A stretch of 49,907 nt of DNA from Thainema sp. (GCA_052168235.1 JBQLZK010000058.1:1-49907); one strand, 5' to 3'. Counted from the first letter of the stretch, positions 30,264-40,416 are shown. Notes: generated from the letters alone by a model not told the origin. A program made the numbers and translations.

Positions 30264-31661
30264 TTACGATTTCAGGCTTTTGAACCGCTCTTTAGCAGCC
30301 TTAAAGGCATCATCCATGACGGCTTGAATGCGCTGCGGGTCGGGCTTTTTGCCACCCATCAGATCACCAAAGTAAACGCAGGTTGCTTCACCTAAGGCCC
30401 ATGTATACGCCGCTGCCCACGATGCCGCAATAAAACTGCCGAATCCAGGAATAAATTTAACCAGCTCCCGCCCAACCGCTTGTGCCACGAAACCACCGGC
30501 TATGGCGCTAACCAGTCCGCCTGCTTGTGCGGTCGATATTGGCTGGTGATACAACCGCGCCAGTAGACCCACCATCGATACCTGGAGGGCTGTCAGTACG
30601 GGCATCGTAGCAAACGGCAGCGGAACTGCCGCTAAGGTTGCTGCCGCTGTCGAAAAGGCAAGGAGATAGCGACGGCCAACGTCTCGGTATAAATCGCCGA
30701 GTTGCTGTCCGGCAGAATCGTTGAGCAACTGGTGGATGGTACGGGCTTCGGCTTCGGGTAGCAGATCGGCCAGGGTATCCCGTAGTGCATCCAGACCATA
30801 GAAGGTGGGGGTGTAGTCGTCTTCTTCCAAGGTGAAGTCGATGAGGACGCTGCGATCGCACAAGGCTTCAAAGCTGTCCTGTAGAGCGGCGGCAGCTCGA
30901 ACGACGGCTTCGGTTGGGGGTGGGTAGGCGGGATGATTATCGGTGGGGTGGGGGTAGAGTTCGTGCAGACAGGTAATTACTAGAAGGCAAGGTAAGCTGG
31001 GATAGCGATCGCGCAATTGTTGGGCGGTTTGACGTAAGGTATCGATCGCAAAGTCGTTGATCTTGACGGTTAGGATCAGGATGCGAGCCCGCGCTGTGTC
31101 TTGTTCGAGATCTGCAACTAAGTCGTCGATGATCGCTTGTGTCTCTTGGTTCACATCTCCAAGTCCTACCGTGTCGGTAAAGATGAGCAGCGGCAGGTCT
31201 TCATTTGGGTAAGAGTAGCGTTCTGTATGCTGGGTATGGGGCCGAAATCCTTGTCCGACGATGTCTGCCGAAACGCCCGTTAAACCTCGCACAATGGAAC
31301 TTTTGCCGGATTGCGGTTTGCCAATCAGGAGGGCTTCGGTTGTGGGCAGTTGCGCTCTGACGGCCTCTAGAATTTCGGCAACTTCTGTTTCGCTGACCCT
31401 AAACCAGCGGCTCATCTGATCCGGCAGCGAGGGCAGGCCAGGCAGTGAGGGCAAGCTGGGCAGCGAAGGTAGATCAGGGAGATGTTGGGTCAGACGCTGG
31501 GTGGTTTCATTCCAGGCAGTACTCAGTCGCCCAAACCAAGAGGAACGCTCGTTCGCCTGGGTTTCCTCAACGGCGGATTCGGGCTCGGATGGGGCTAATT
31601 CAGAGTCAGGGAGCTTATCTGCTGGGGATTTTGGGGGAGTGGGTTCAGGCAAGTTAGTCAT
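30264..31661 (-). CDS. YcjF/DUF697-family protein with an Era-like GTPase domain
   Basis: GKPQSGKSS and DTVG motifs. C-terminal AVPLPFATMPVLTALQ...KFIPGFG helices. N-terminal LPS repeats. Confidence 0.85.
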   Translation of the reverse strand: MTNLPEPTPPKSPADKLPDSELAPSEPESAVEETQANERSSWFGRLSTAWNETTQRLTQHLPDLPSLPSLPSLPGLPSLPDQMSRWFRVSETEVAEILEAVRAQLPTTEALLIGKPQSGKSSIVRGLTGVSADIVGQGFRPHTQHTERYSYPNEDLPLLIFTDTVGLGDVNQETQAIIDDLVADLEQDTARARILILTVKINDFAIDTLRQTAQQLRDRYPSLPCLLVITCLHELYPHPTDNHPAYPPPTEAVVRAAAALQDSFEALCDRSVLIDFTLEEDDYTPTFYGLDALRDTLADLLPEAEARTIHQLLNDSAGQQLGDLYRDVGRRYLLAFSTAAATLAAVPLPFATMPVLTALQVSMVGLLARLYHQPISTAQAGGLVSAIAGGFVAQAVGRELVKFIPGFGSFIAASWAAAYTWALGEATCVYFGDLMGGKKPDPQRIQAVMDDAFKAAKERFKSLKS

Positions 31662-31739
31662 ATCTCGCTCATCATCGAGATCTCTTCTTTACTCTATCTC
31701 ACTCTCCTCCATCCGCTTTGCCGATAATTATGCCGATGG

Positions 31740-32675
31740 CTATGGATTACAGTGCCCGCATTGGCCCGGATCGGCAAACTCAATGCCTTGGGGAAACAAG
31801 CGATCTGCTTGGAAGCGGCAGTGCTGGCAGCGGTAGGTTTCTGCTTTGACCAGCTGGGTCGGCAGATGACACCACTGGCAGGGCAGCCCCCGCTTCTGCT
31901 CGACTACATCAAAACCGGGATAGCTACAGCTCGGGCAGGTCGATTGAATCTTGGTGATCAAATTTTGCGTCGCCTGTTCAATCACCTGCATCCGCATCGG
32001 GTTGCACATAGCCCGCATATCGGTTTCCAGATGCACGCTACCGTCACGCGACTGCTGTAGCAGGCGTTCTACCACCTGACAGAGCTGAGTTGTCGTTTGA
32101 ATTCCCTTATAGATCTGGTTGCGATCGCAGTTGTCCCGGCTGGGCATGACCACCAAAGCGTGTTCAGGAAAGCCCACCTGTTCTGCAAATGCGATCGCAG
32201 CTTCAACGCTGTGGATAGATCTGTGAGCAAAATTGGTCTGGTTGGAGAGTTCGCTGCCAATTACTTCCAGATCGTGCTCGATGTCTAGCAGCAGCACAAT
32301 CTCGCGATTACAGGCAATGCCCGGAAACACCGGATGGGGAAAGAACGACCCCTCACTGGCTACAGCGACGGTCTCTCCCGTCAGCGCCAGAGCCTGTTTC
32401 GCTTTTTGCCGTGCCGCTTCAATCTGGCTACCCGCTCGGGGAATGTCCCGCGTGAATGTGCCCAGCGCATCAGTATCGAAGTTAGCGGGCACCACCAGGT
32501 GCAGCCCAAGCTGCTGGCGAAACAGCGGCGCTATCACCTGTTCTTTGCGATGCATCGTCGCCAGCACAGCCCGCGACTGATCGGCCCAGAACGGCAGGCG
32601 TTCGCTGGAGCTAGAGGATGTAGCTCCAGCAGAAGAAATCATAGGTGAAGTCATAGAAGAAGTCATAGCAGTCAA
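31740..32675 (-). CDS. DUF6671 family protein with C-terminal Cys clusters
   Basis: LATMHRKE, DALGTFT, ASEGSFFPHP, ETDMRA..NPMRM, and four CxxC pairs. Confidence 0.82.
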   Translation of the reverse strand: MTAMTSSMTSPMISSAGATSSSSSERLPFWADQSRAVLATMHRKEQVIAPLFRQQLGLHLVVPANFDTDALGTFTRDIPRAGSQIEAARQKAKQALALTGETVAVASEGSFFPHPVFPGIACNREIVLLLDIEHDLEVIGSELSNQTNFAHRSIHSVEAAIAFAEQVGFPEHALVVMPSRDNCDRNQIYKGIQTTTQLCQVVERLLQQSRDGSVHLETDMRAMCNPMRMQVIEQATQNLITKIQSTCPSCSYPGFDVVEQKRGLPCQWCHLPTQLVKAETYRCQHCRFQADRLFPQGIEFADPGQCGHCNP

Positions 32676-32705
32676 TCAACAAATCAATGCTGGTCAAACA
32701 GCAAC

Positions 32706-32909
32706 CTAGCGGCGCATCCAGAGCCAGATGCTAGCGCTGGTTGCGATCGCAAGTTGTGCCTCCGCTGGTGCCCAGAGGAATCCCCACAGGAAACTAATAA
32801 AGCCTGAAAAGCCAAGGGCAATTGTTGGCACTTCTCCTTGCTGTCGCCGCATCCAGAAAACCAGGGCAACGGCCAGTGTGATCAGAGCAGACCAAAGCAT
32901 AAAGACCAC
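32706..32909 (-). CDS. Small membrane protein
   Basis: 67 aa with hydrophobic helices, co-oriented between bicA and DUF6671. Confidence 0.55.
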   Translation of the reverse strand: MVFMLWSALITLAVALVFWMRRQQGEVPTIALGFSGFISFLWGFLWAPAEAQLAIATSASIWLWMRR

Positions 32910-33006
32910 CTCAATGCATCAAGATTGCGTCTAGCGACATTCCCGTTCTAGCAAACCAGTCCTAGCAAACCGATCGATAAAAATTGGGTATCCGTGAATC
33001 GTTCTT

Positions 33007-33107
33007 AGGAGCGTGAATTAAATAAGGTGAAATCTTTGGGGTAGGGACACGGCATTGCCGTGTCCCTACGGATGGAATGATTGACAGGCTATTTAATTTA
33101 CGCTCCT
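33007..33107. repeat. REP-like element with a GTAG-headed central palindrome
   Basis: TIR AGGAGCGTGAATTAAATA / TATTTAATTTACGCTCCT. Centre GTAGGGACACGGCA-T-TGCCGTGTCCCTAC (33041-33069). A related inverted copy lies at 46281-46524. Confidence 0.85.
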
Positions 33108-33231
33108 TAGAATTGTTCTTAAAACAACGTCTCAAAGATATTTGTATATCAAGCAGCAATTGAGTAGTTGAATCGGAGGAATCATCGCCGCCGTGCGGCA
33201 GCGGCGATGGTTGTTCCTGAAAGGGTTAGCC

Positions 33232-34962
33232 CTACAGTTCAGGCGGCTGGTTAGCGGCAGATGAGGCTGAACTGACTGAACTCGAGGTTTTCATCACACC
33301 ATGCTGGTCGATCGTGTAGCCCGTCACTAGAGCAACCGCTCGGCGCAGAGCATCTGTGCGATCCATCAGCAAATGCTCACGGGGAATGAGTTCCATCATG
33401 CCCAGCTTCTCCAATCGCCGCCGCGTCTGGCCTGTTGCGCCGACCAGGAATACCTGACGCTGTTGATCAACCGCTTCCCGAATCGCGTTTTCAATTGCCA
33501 GCGACGAGGTCACGCCCAAGTGCGGCACATCATCTAGATCCAAAATCAGCGCCTCGCAGGTGCTCATCGCCTTCTGCTCACGGGAAATCGCCTTGGCCAC
33601 GCCAAAGATCATCGGGCCATCCAAGTGGAACAGCAGCACACGACCATCAGCCCGATCCAGAAGCTGCTTTTCTTCGGGATTGAGCGCAATCTCGTCGTCC
33701 GCGTTGGTAATTGCCTTCACGCCTTGAGACTGTAGCTTGCTGAGCCGCTCAATCGTGAGAATGTTGGCGACAAACACACCAATGCCGACTGCCGCAATCA
33801 GATCGACAAACACCGTCAAGATAATTACGCCGTACATGATCAGCGCCCCTTTGACGGAAATTTGGTGCGCCCGCTTCAGGAAGCTCCAGTCAATGATGTT
33901 AATTCCCACTTTGAAGGCGATTCCAGCCAGCACCGCCATCGGAATCACCGCCGTTAGGCTGCCAGCCCACAGCACCACAACGCCCAGCACAACCGCCCGC
34001 ACCAAGCCAGAAAGCGCTGTCCGACCACCGGATTGAATGTTGACTACCGTTCCCATTGTGGCTCCAGCGCCAGCAATGCCGCCGAACAAACCAGAGGCTA
34101 AGTTGCCCAAGCCTTGACCAATTAGCTCTTTGTTGGAGTCGTGTTCGGTACGGGTCAAACTGTCGGCTACGACCGATGTGAGCAGCGCATCAATACAGCC
34201 CAGCATTCCTAGCACGATCGCATTCACGACCATCATGCGGAACTGCTCTGGCGTGAAGTAGGGCATTTGAATCTGCGGCAGACCCATTGGGATCTCACCA
34301 ATCCGGCGAATCTCCACATCTGGGAACAGCATCAAGGAAAGAATCGTGCCCACGATTAGCGCCACCAGTTGGGGTGGCACAATGCGCTTCATTTTACGAG
34401 GACTGAATAGCAGAATGCCGAGGGTAATCAGCGCCAAGCTGGCTTCTGGCCAGCTGATGTTTGCCACCAGATCCGGCAGGTTGCGGATGGTGCCGACAAC
34501 ACCGCCTTTGGGGCTGCTCTGACCCAAAAATGGTGCCGTTTGCAGGATGATCAGAATAATGCCGATGCCTGACATGAAGCCGGAAATCACCGTGTACGGC
34601 ATCAGCGTCACATAGCGACCCAGCCGCAGACTACCCAGCAAAATCTGGAACAGTCCGGCCATCATCACTACGGTGAAGGCCATTGCTAGACCGTTTTCAG
34701 GATTGGCGTCCATCAAACTGGCAATCACGGCGGTCATGATTACCGTCATGGGGCCTGTTGGTTCTGAAATGAGGGTTGGCGTGCCGCCAAACAGCGCTGC
34801 GAAGAAGCCGACCAGCACTGCACCCCAGAGGCCTGCCGCCGCACCCGCACCCGATGCCACACCGAAGGCCAGCGCCATCGGTAGGGCAATGACCGCAGCG
34901 GTCAGGCCACCGAAAATGTCGCCACGGACATTCCTAAAGTGAATTTGATTGGTTATTTGCAT
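33232..34962 (-). CDS. bicA: SulP-family Na+-dependent bicarbonate transporter BicA
   Basis: N-terminus MQITNQIHFRNVRGDIFGGLTAAVIALPMALAFG, SEPTGPMT, GATMGTVVNIQ and a C-terminal STAS domain. Confidence 0.9.
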   Translation of the reverse strand: MQITNQIHFRNVRGDIFGGLTAAVIALPMALAFGVASGAGAAAGLWGAVLVGFFAALFGGTPTLISEPTGPMTVIMTAVIASLMDANPENGLAMAFTVVMMAGLFQILLGSLRLGRYVTLMPYTVISGFMSGIGIILIILQTAPFLGQSSPKGGVVGTIRNLPDLVANISWPEASLALITLGILLFSPRKMKRIVPPQLVALIVGTILSLMLFPDVEIRRIGEIPMGLPQIQMPYFTPEQFRMMVVNAIVLGMLGCIDALLTSVVADSLTRTEHDSNKELIGQGLGNLASGLFGGIAGAGATMGTVVNIQSGGRTALSGLVRAVVLGVVVLWAGSLTAVIPMAVLAGIAFKVGINIIDWSFLKRAHQISVKGALIMYGVIILTVFVDLIAAVGIGVFVANILTIERLSKLQSQGVKAITNADDEIALNPEEKQLLDRADGRVLLFHLDGPMIFGVAKAISREQKAMSTCEALILDLDDVPHLGVTSSLAIENAIREAVDQQRQVFLVGATGQTRRRLEKLGMMELIPREHLLMDRTDALRRAVALVTGYTIDQHGVMKTSSSVSSASSAANQPPEL

Positions 34963-35212
34963 AAAGTAACCATAAGATCGTTATTTGATTGAGTTAAATC
35001 TATACAGTTTTAATAAATGATTTGCTCTTTTCTATGGAAAGATTAGCATTTGGTCTACTGATCCAGTCGCTATGTTGATTTGCGATCGCTAATCTGTTCC
35101 CCAAGCAGGGCTTATTAAAACGTGTCAAGATGGTTGATTTGACTTTAAAGCAAAAGCGGGACGCAATGAAGTGCCCCGCTTAATTTGGACTGTTTTTCGT
35201 ACAGCCTGACGA

Positions 35213-35764
35213 TCAGTCTGGAATGGTGACGAGCGGATCAACTGCGATCGCAACTTCGGGAAATGCGACAGGATGAATAACACCATCTTTAACAGTGATC
35301 TGAGTTGAAAAATCACCATTTTGCAAGTCTCTGAACACGGTCAGTTGCCGTCCGGCGATGTCAATCACCCAATATTCCTGGATGCCAGCCTGAGCATAGA
35401 GCTGGCGTTTAGTATTCAAGTCGTAAGTTAGGGTCGTGTCCGCTACCTCAACGAGCCAATAGATCTCGTCTGGATAGGGGTGATGTTTCAAGTAGCGAGT
35501 ATCGGGCAGGCGGACGATGGCGATGTCGGGTTGGGGTTCAGATTTTACCAGCGTGATGGGATGGGCTTCAAACACTTTTGCTTTACTTTGAAGAATACGT
35601 CTAAGGTATTCAGCCCCCCGATCGTTAATGAACCGATGAAATTCTCCTTCTGGAGCCATGTCCCAAATCTCTCCACGAATGAGTTCGCAGCGGCGGCGAT
35701 CCAGAATGCCCAGATCCCGCATACGGTGATAGTCTGCCACTGACCATTTTGTGAGTGTCCGCAT
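35213..35764 (-). CDS. Uma2 family endonuclease
   Basis: WSVADYHRM, SEPQPD, VEVADTTL.YD..K..LYA.AGI.EYWVID. Confidence 0.92.
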   Translation of the reverse strand: MRTLTKWSVADYHRMRDLGILDRRRCELIRGEIWDMAPEGEFHRFINDRGAEYLRRILQSKAKVFEAHPITLVKSEPQPDIAIVRLPDTRYLKHHPYPDEIYWLVEVADTTLTYDLNTKRQLYAQAGIQEYWVIDIAGRQLTVFRDLQNGDFSTQITVKDGVIHPVAFPEVAIAVDPLVTIPD

Positions 35765-36111
35765 GACGTGAACCTGCTGATGTTAGTCTGACATTTGCTC
35801 ATATCCTACTTCAAACGCGATCGCAGCTATGGAGTGGATGAGTTAAGTGCGATCGCGCACAAGGCATGGTCATGAAAAAAATCTGCCACAGAAATGAGGA
35901 AGCTATGGCTCACTCAAAGCACTAAGGAACTTAAGGTAAAGTGCATTTCCGGATTGTATCTGGGCACTCTGTATGAAGAGCTAATAGGCGATTCCTGTCC
36001 TGGCAAAAATTAATAGATGTAAAAGCTGTGCAGCTCAAAACTGCCAGTCTTCAGACTGATGGCTAAACTAGCCTAGAAGCTCATATCTGTAACCCCCAGC
36101 CTCCAGCCCTT

Positions 36112-38310
36112 ATGCAAAGAACTGAGCAAATCAGCTCCATCCTGAATCAGCGTCGGCCTCTAGCCCAACAAATCCAGACTGTAGAGACTAACTTACAGAA
36201 CCTGGCTGCTGTACTCCATCATCTGGATGAACATCGATACAACCTCATCACCAAGTTGGAAGACGCTTCTGCTTGCGGTTCCCTTCGAGAAATTGACTTT
36301 ACCGTTATACAAAAGGAAATTCAGCAGGAAATTCAAGCTCTAGACAAGCTAAAGGTTCGATTTTCTCGCAATACCTTAAACATTGGAGTTGTCGGTAGAG
36401 CAAGGCAAGGGAAAAGCCGATTGCTTCAAAGTCTGACTGGTTTAAGCTCCTCGGAAATTCCAGATGGTGACCGCCAGCATTGTACAGGAGTACGAAGTAC
36501 CATTCATCACAACCCTGATGTCGAACCTTACGGAGATGTCTGGTTCTATACAGAATTTTCCTTTTTAGAGGAAGTGATAGCTCCCTACTATGAAAAGCTA
36601 AGGCTTGGGGCAAAACCTATCAATTTAGAAACCTTTGCGCGGCAATCACTTCCGCCACTCCCCGAGGATCTCAAAGGTCGAGCTGTAGAAGGGGCAATGT
36701 ATGAGCATCTGAAAAAATATCACACAAATTTTGACAAATATAGCTCCTTACTCAAACAACCCTCTCCACAAAGAATTACTCAAGAGCAAATCAGAGAATA
36801 TGTAGCCCAAGACACAAACGATGGACAACGCACTTACTTTAACTACTTAGCCGTTCGGGAAGTCAAAATCACCTGTAGCTTTCCCAATCAGGATGTTGGA
36901 CAAATTGCTCTTGTAGACATGCCTGGTTTAGGGGATACAGGTATTGGAGATACTGAACGATTGGTAAAAACCCTTGGACAAGATGTTGATGTCGTTTTGT
37001 TTGTCCGCATGCCCAAACCATCGGGAGACTACTGGGCAGATTACGACGTCAATCTTTACGATACGGCCCAAGGTGCTTTGCTTGATTTACCGATTAACTT
37101 ATGGTCTTTTCTGGTGTTGAACCGCACTGCAATGGGTTCAAAATATGGCGATAACTGGCAAAACTGCTTAGAGTTAAAGGAAAGCCTGAAAGAAAAACAC
37201 ATCGATGTTGCAGGACAGCTCATCACCAATTGCTCTGATATTCAAGAGACAGGATCGCTACTTGATCTGATTCTCAACTATATGGCTAATGAAATTCATA
37301 CGTTGGATCGTAAGTACGCTTCTGCATGCCAGAATCGACTGCTTGATCTTCATCGTTCGGTTGAGATTGAGTTAGCTGAAGCTCGAACCGCTCTAGGCGA
37401 AGTAGGTTATGGCGAAGATTGGTTCCCTTTATTCTTGCAACTTTTCGAAAAACTTTGGGATGAATTAGCTTCAGGACTAGATGATCTGCTCGATGAGCTT
37501 AGGGAGCAAAAAGATTTTCCAGATATGGACTTCAAGCAGAAAGTAGATGAAGCCCTTAATGCTGGTAAGCAAGATACAGGTCTTCCATCAATAGAAGAGA
37601 TTGATACTAAGGCCAAAGCATTAGGAGGCTATCCAAATGCTTACTATGCCTATATGAATGAAGTTCGTGCTCATTTATCCCAACATTTTCTACTTGTCGA
37701 TGAAGCCCTGAAGCGTGGCCTAGAGCGAGTCAAGTCTCAGGTTGCAGAGGTTTTAGCACATCAAGGGAAATTGAGTAACCTCTCCGAAGAAGATGGAAGT
37801 AGCTTTTTAGAGGCTATCTCTGAACAAATTCCACAGCAACTTGTTCCCAATCAGCCTAGCAGGCTGAAAAATGGGTTTCAGATTCTTTCAGACTTCACAC
37901 TATCTTACCGAGGTTTAATCCAACACCGCATTCGTCAACATTTGGATGATCTGACACCTAACACAACAGAACTTCAGCTTTCACCATCTCCTACGGCTGA
38001 GGAAGTTGAAAGCTGTCTTAGAACTCTTCATTCAGAGGCATTGTATAAGTGCCGTACTGCTTTAGATGACTTACTTGCTGAACCCAGTCAGGCGGCATTT
38101 GCAATCGTAGAAGAATTTTGCGATCGCGTACTCCGTGCTGAAGGAGTAAAGATGGAATGGCAGATCTTTCTACAATCTGTCAGATCTGAAGTCTGGAGTG
38201 ATCATTTCCGGGCTTTGGATGAGAAGACGCGAACTCGAACAGAATGGCTCGATACCATTCAACAAGTTTCAGAAATAAACAAGTTTGAAAATTTACGTTT
38301 TTTGAATTAA
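36112..38310 (+). CDS. Dynamin-like large GTPase
   Basis: N-terminal coiled coil, G1 GRARQGKS, G2 CT, G3 DMPG, G4-like LNRT, long helical C-terminal region. Confidence 0.82.
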   Translation: MQRTEQISSILNQRRPLAQQIQTVETNLQNLAAVLHHLDEHRYNLITKLEDASACGSLREIDFTVIQKEIQQEIQALDKLKVRFSRNTLNIGVVGRARQGKSRLLQSLTGLSSSEIPDGDRQHCTGVRSTIHHNPDVEPYGDVWFYTEFSFLEEVIAPYYEKLRLGAKPINLETFARQSLPPLPEDLKGRAVEGAMYEHLKKYHTNFDKYSSLLKQPSPQRITQEQIREYVAQDTNDGQRTYFNYLAVREVKITCSFPNQDVGQIALVDMPGLGDTGIGDTERLVKTLGQDVDVVLFVRMPKPSGDYWADYDVNLYDTAQGALLDLPINLWSFLVLNRTAMGSKYGDNWQNCLELKESLKEKHIDVAGQLITNCSDIQETGSLLDLILNYMANEIHTLDRKYASACQNRLLDLHRSVEIELAEARTALGEVGYGEDWFPLFLQLFEKLWDELASGLDDLLDELREQKDFPDMDFKQKVDEALNAGKQDTGLPSIEEIDTKAKALGGYPNAYYAYMNEVRAHLSQHFLLVDEALKRGLERVKSQVAEVLAHQGKLSNLSEEDGSSFLEAISEQIPQQLVPNQPSRLKNGFQILSDFTLSYRGLIQHRIRQHLDDLTPNTTELQLSPSPTAEEVESCLRTLHSEALYKCRTALDDLLAEPSQAAFAIVEEFCDRVLRAEGVKMEWQIFLQSVRSEVWSDHFRALDEKTRTRTEWLDTIQQVSEINKFENLRFLN

Positions 38311-38328
38311 GGCTGTGGGGAACATCTA

Positions 38329-39312
38329 ATGCATGAACTTCAAATCACTATGCTTGGGCCAAGTGGTGTTGGTAAAACCACTCTTTTAACTGCTATGTAT
38401 GAGCAATTCGAGAGTAATATTGGCAGCGTTGATTTACAACTCACTCCTGATGAGGACAGTTCAGCAATTTTACAAGATACATTAATCGACTTAAAAAGCC
38501 TTCTGGACTCGTTTGAAGTTAAAGGTGGAGTTCTAAGTACTGAAGCTCCTGCAGGACCAGATTCTTTAAGATCATTTACCTTTGGTCTTGGGAAAAAAGG
38601 AAAAAAGCCATCTTTAACCTTAACATTTAGAGACTATCCAGGAATTTATCACACTAAAATGGCAACAACGGATGAAAAAAGGTTTTTGAGGGACTTGATT
38701 GTTGACTCTCATGTGATATTGATTGCAATAGACACACCATCACTCATGGAACAGAATGGGAAATATCATGAAAAAATAAATAGACCACAGCAAATCAAAG
38801 ATTTATTTAAAAATGCTTATTCAAAGAGCGATGACAATGAACCTAAAATGGTTATTTTTGCGCCTGTTAAATGCGAAAAATATCTAAAGAAGAACCTCAA
38901 CGCTGAGCTTGAAGACGCCGTCAAGAAAGGTTATCAAGACCTATTTGAATACTTTAGATCTGATGGTTTATCGAATTGGACAAGCTGCGTCTTAACTCCT
39001 GTTCAAACTGTAGGCAATGTTGTTCTTTCACGAATAGAACCTGATGAAAATGGTGTACTACATTTTTCTTTCCGAAAAACTCGCTACGATGCAACATACG
39101 ATCCAAAAGATAGTGAGCAACCACTAAGATATTTGCTTCGGTTTCTTCTTAAAATACATCTTGACTCTAGAAAGTGGAGTAAATTTAATTTTGTTAGAGA
39201 TTGGCTAAAAATGGATAGGCATCTTGAAAAAGCAGTTGATGAATTTTCAAGAGGATGTAAAACAGGTGATGGTTTTACCATACTTCAAGGTGAAAGCTGG
39301 TTGAAAATTTAG
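38329..39312 (+). CDS. TRAFAC-class P-loop GTPase
   Basis: G1 GPSGVGKT, G3 DYPG, IAIDTP, G4-like VKCE. Starts 18 nt after the dynamin-like gene. Confidence 0.82.
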   Translation: MHELQITMLGPSGVGKTTLLTAMYEQFESNIGSVDLQLTPDEDSSAILQDTLIDLKSLLDSFEVKGGVLSTEAPAGPDSLRSFTFGLGKKGKKPSLTLTFRDYPGIYHTKMATTDEKRFLRDLIVDSHVILIAIDTPSLMEQNGKYHEKINRPQQIKDLFKNAYSKSDDNEPKMVIFAPVKCEKYLKKNLNAELEDAVKKGYQDLFEYFRSDGLSNWTSCVLTPVQTVGNVVLSRIEPDENGVLHFSFRKTRYDATYDPKDSEQPLRYLLRFLLKIHLDSRKWSKFNFVRDWLKMDRHLEKAVDEFSRGCKTGDGFTILQGESWLKI

Positions 39313-39322
39313 TTAATAAGGA

Positions 39323-40240
39323 TTGGCACAAATGTCTTCTATTACTAATATTCATGTTCAATCCAGAGGGTATCAGCAAGAAAATGATTATCGGTGGGTA
39401 AAAGTAAATCAACAAGGCGATCCTAGATTTGAAATGCCTTTTTTTATAGATTCTCATAACAATCTTAATTTATTAGACTTTATTGAAACTCAGCGTCCTT
39501 CAGTAATTCTTGCTCATCAAGGAAACTATTTCTTTCTCCTAGTTACAGCGTTGGAAGCTGATTCTACCAGACTAGATTGGGCTAATCGTCCAATAAGAAA
39601 CTCGATTGCATGGACATTTGAACAAGATGAGGAGGGAGTAAATGAGAAAAAAATTAGGGCAATTACAATTTTGGCTTTACAGAACAAGCTGAGTACAAAA
39701 ATACATCAAATGATTTTGAATGATGATAGTAAAGACTACGGATTTCGAGTGAATTTTTCTTCTTTAAATACTATTGGCAATTCCTATAGAGAACTAAAAG
39801 ACTTAGATCCGAATCTAAAAAGATGGATCAGCGGAGACTCTGAGGATACTCGGCAGAAACTATGTGATGAGCTTAGGACTAGCAGGTTACCGCAGCAAAA
39901 CGGCTTGCTAATTTTGGTTACCACTCTTAAAAATAAAGATTTTTTGCGTCAAGTTCCAGTATGGAGAGGAATATCTTGTCGATCAGATGAAGACATAGAG
40001 TGGTTAGAGAATAACGAACCTGAACAAGTAGCTTTCTCTCAAAAAAAAACAGAATTCTCGAAAAAAGGAATCTTTCTCGCTTTACTCCTTATCCTGTTAC
40101 TGAGCATCATACTTCTGACAGGATTATATCTAAAACCAATTCTCCTGAGACCGATCGAGGAGATACCAAATCAACAGGAAGATACAACACAAATCCAAGT
40201 GGAAGAAATCAAGACAATGGAACAGATCAATCCTCTTTAA
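39323..40240 (+). CDS. GTPase-associated protein with a C-terminal transmembrane anchor (0-frame product)
   Basis: Tightly linked third gene (TTG 39323 or ATG 39332). KK is followed by GIFLALLLILLLSIILLTGLYL. Confidence 0.75.
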   Translation: MAQMSSITNIHVQSRGYQQENDYRWVKVNQQGDPRFEMPFFIDSHNNLNLLDFIETQRPSVILAHQGNYFFLLVTALEADSTRLDWANRPIRNSIAWTFEQDEEGVNEKKIRAITILALQNKLSTKIHQMILNDDSKDYGFRVNFSSLNTIGNSYRELKDLDPNLKRWISGDSEDTRQKLCDELRTSRLPQQNGLLILVTTLKNKDFLRQVPVWRGISCRSDEDIEWLENNEPEQVAFSQKKTEFSKKGIFLALLLILLLSIILLTGLYLKPILLRPIEEIPNQQEDTTQIQVEEIKTMEQINPL

Positions 40241-40416
40241 TTGGTCAAATAAAAGATAGGATGTTATCTACTCCTGGTGCTTTGAGAGAATTCTACCCGT
40301 TGGCACAGGAAATAGTTGGACGAGCTTTAGGCGAGGTATCTAATAAGATAGAAGTAGATCCAGATTTTGAGCGCAGATTTCGAGAATTCTTGGATTTTAT
40401 AAATGAGAATCTTTAG
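40041..40416 (+). other. A9 slippery tract and overlapping -1 reading frame (alternative C-terminus)
   Basis: Nine As at 40041-40049, phased A_AAA_AAA. The -1 frame is open from 40024 (after TGA 40021) to TAG 40414-40416, with no ATG until 40261. Confidence 0.65.

Noticed and set aside
40060..40067. Second A-run (GAAAAAAG) as the frameshift site
   Set aside because: A_AAA_AAG is not phased with the 0-frame. The A9 run is the better candidate.
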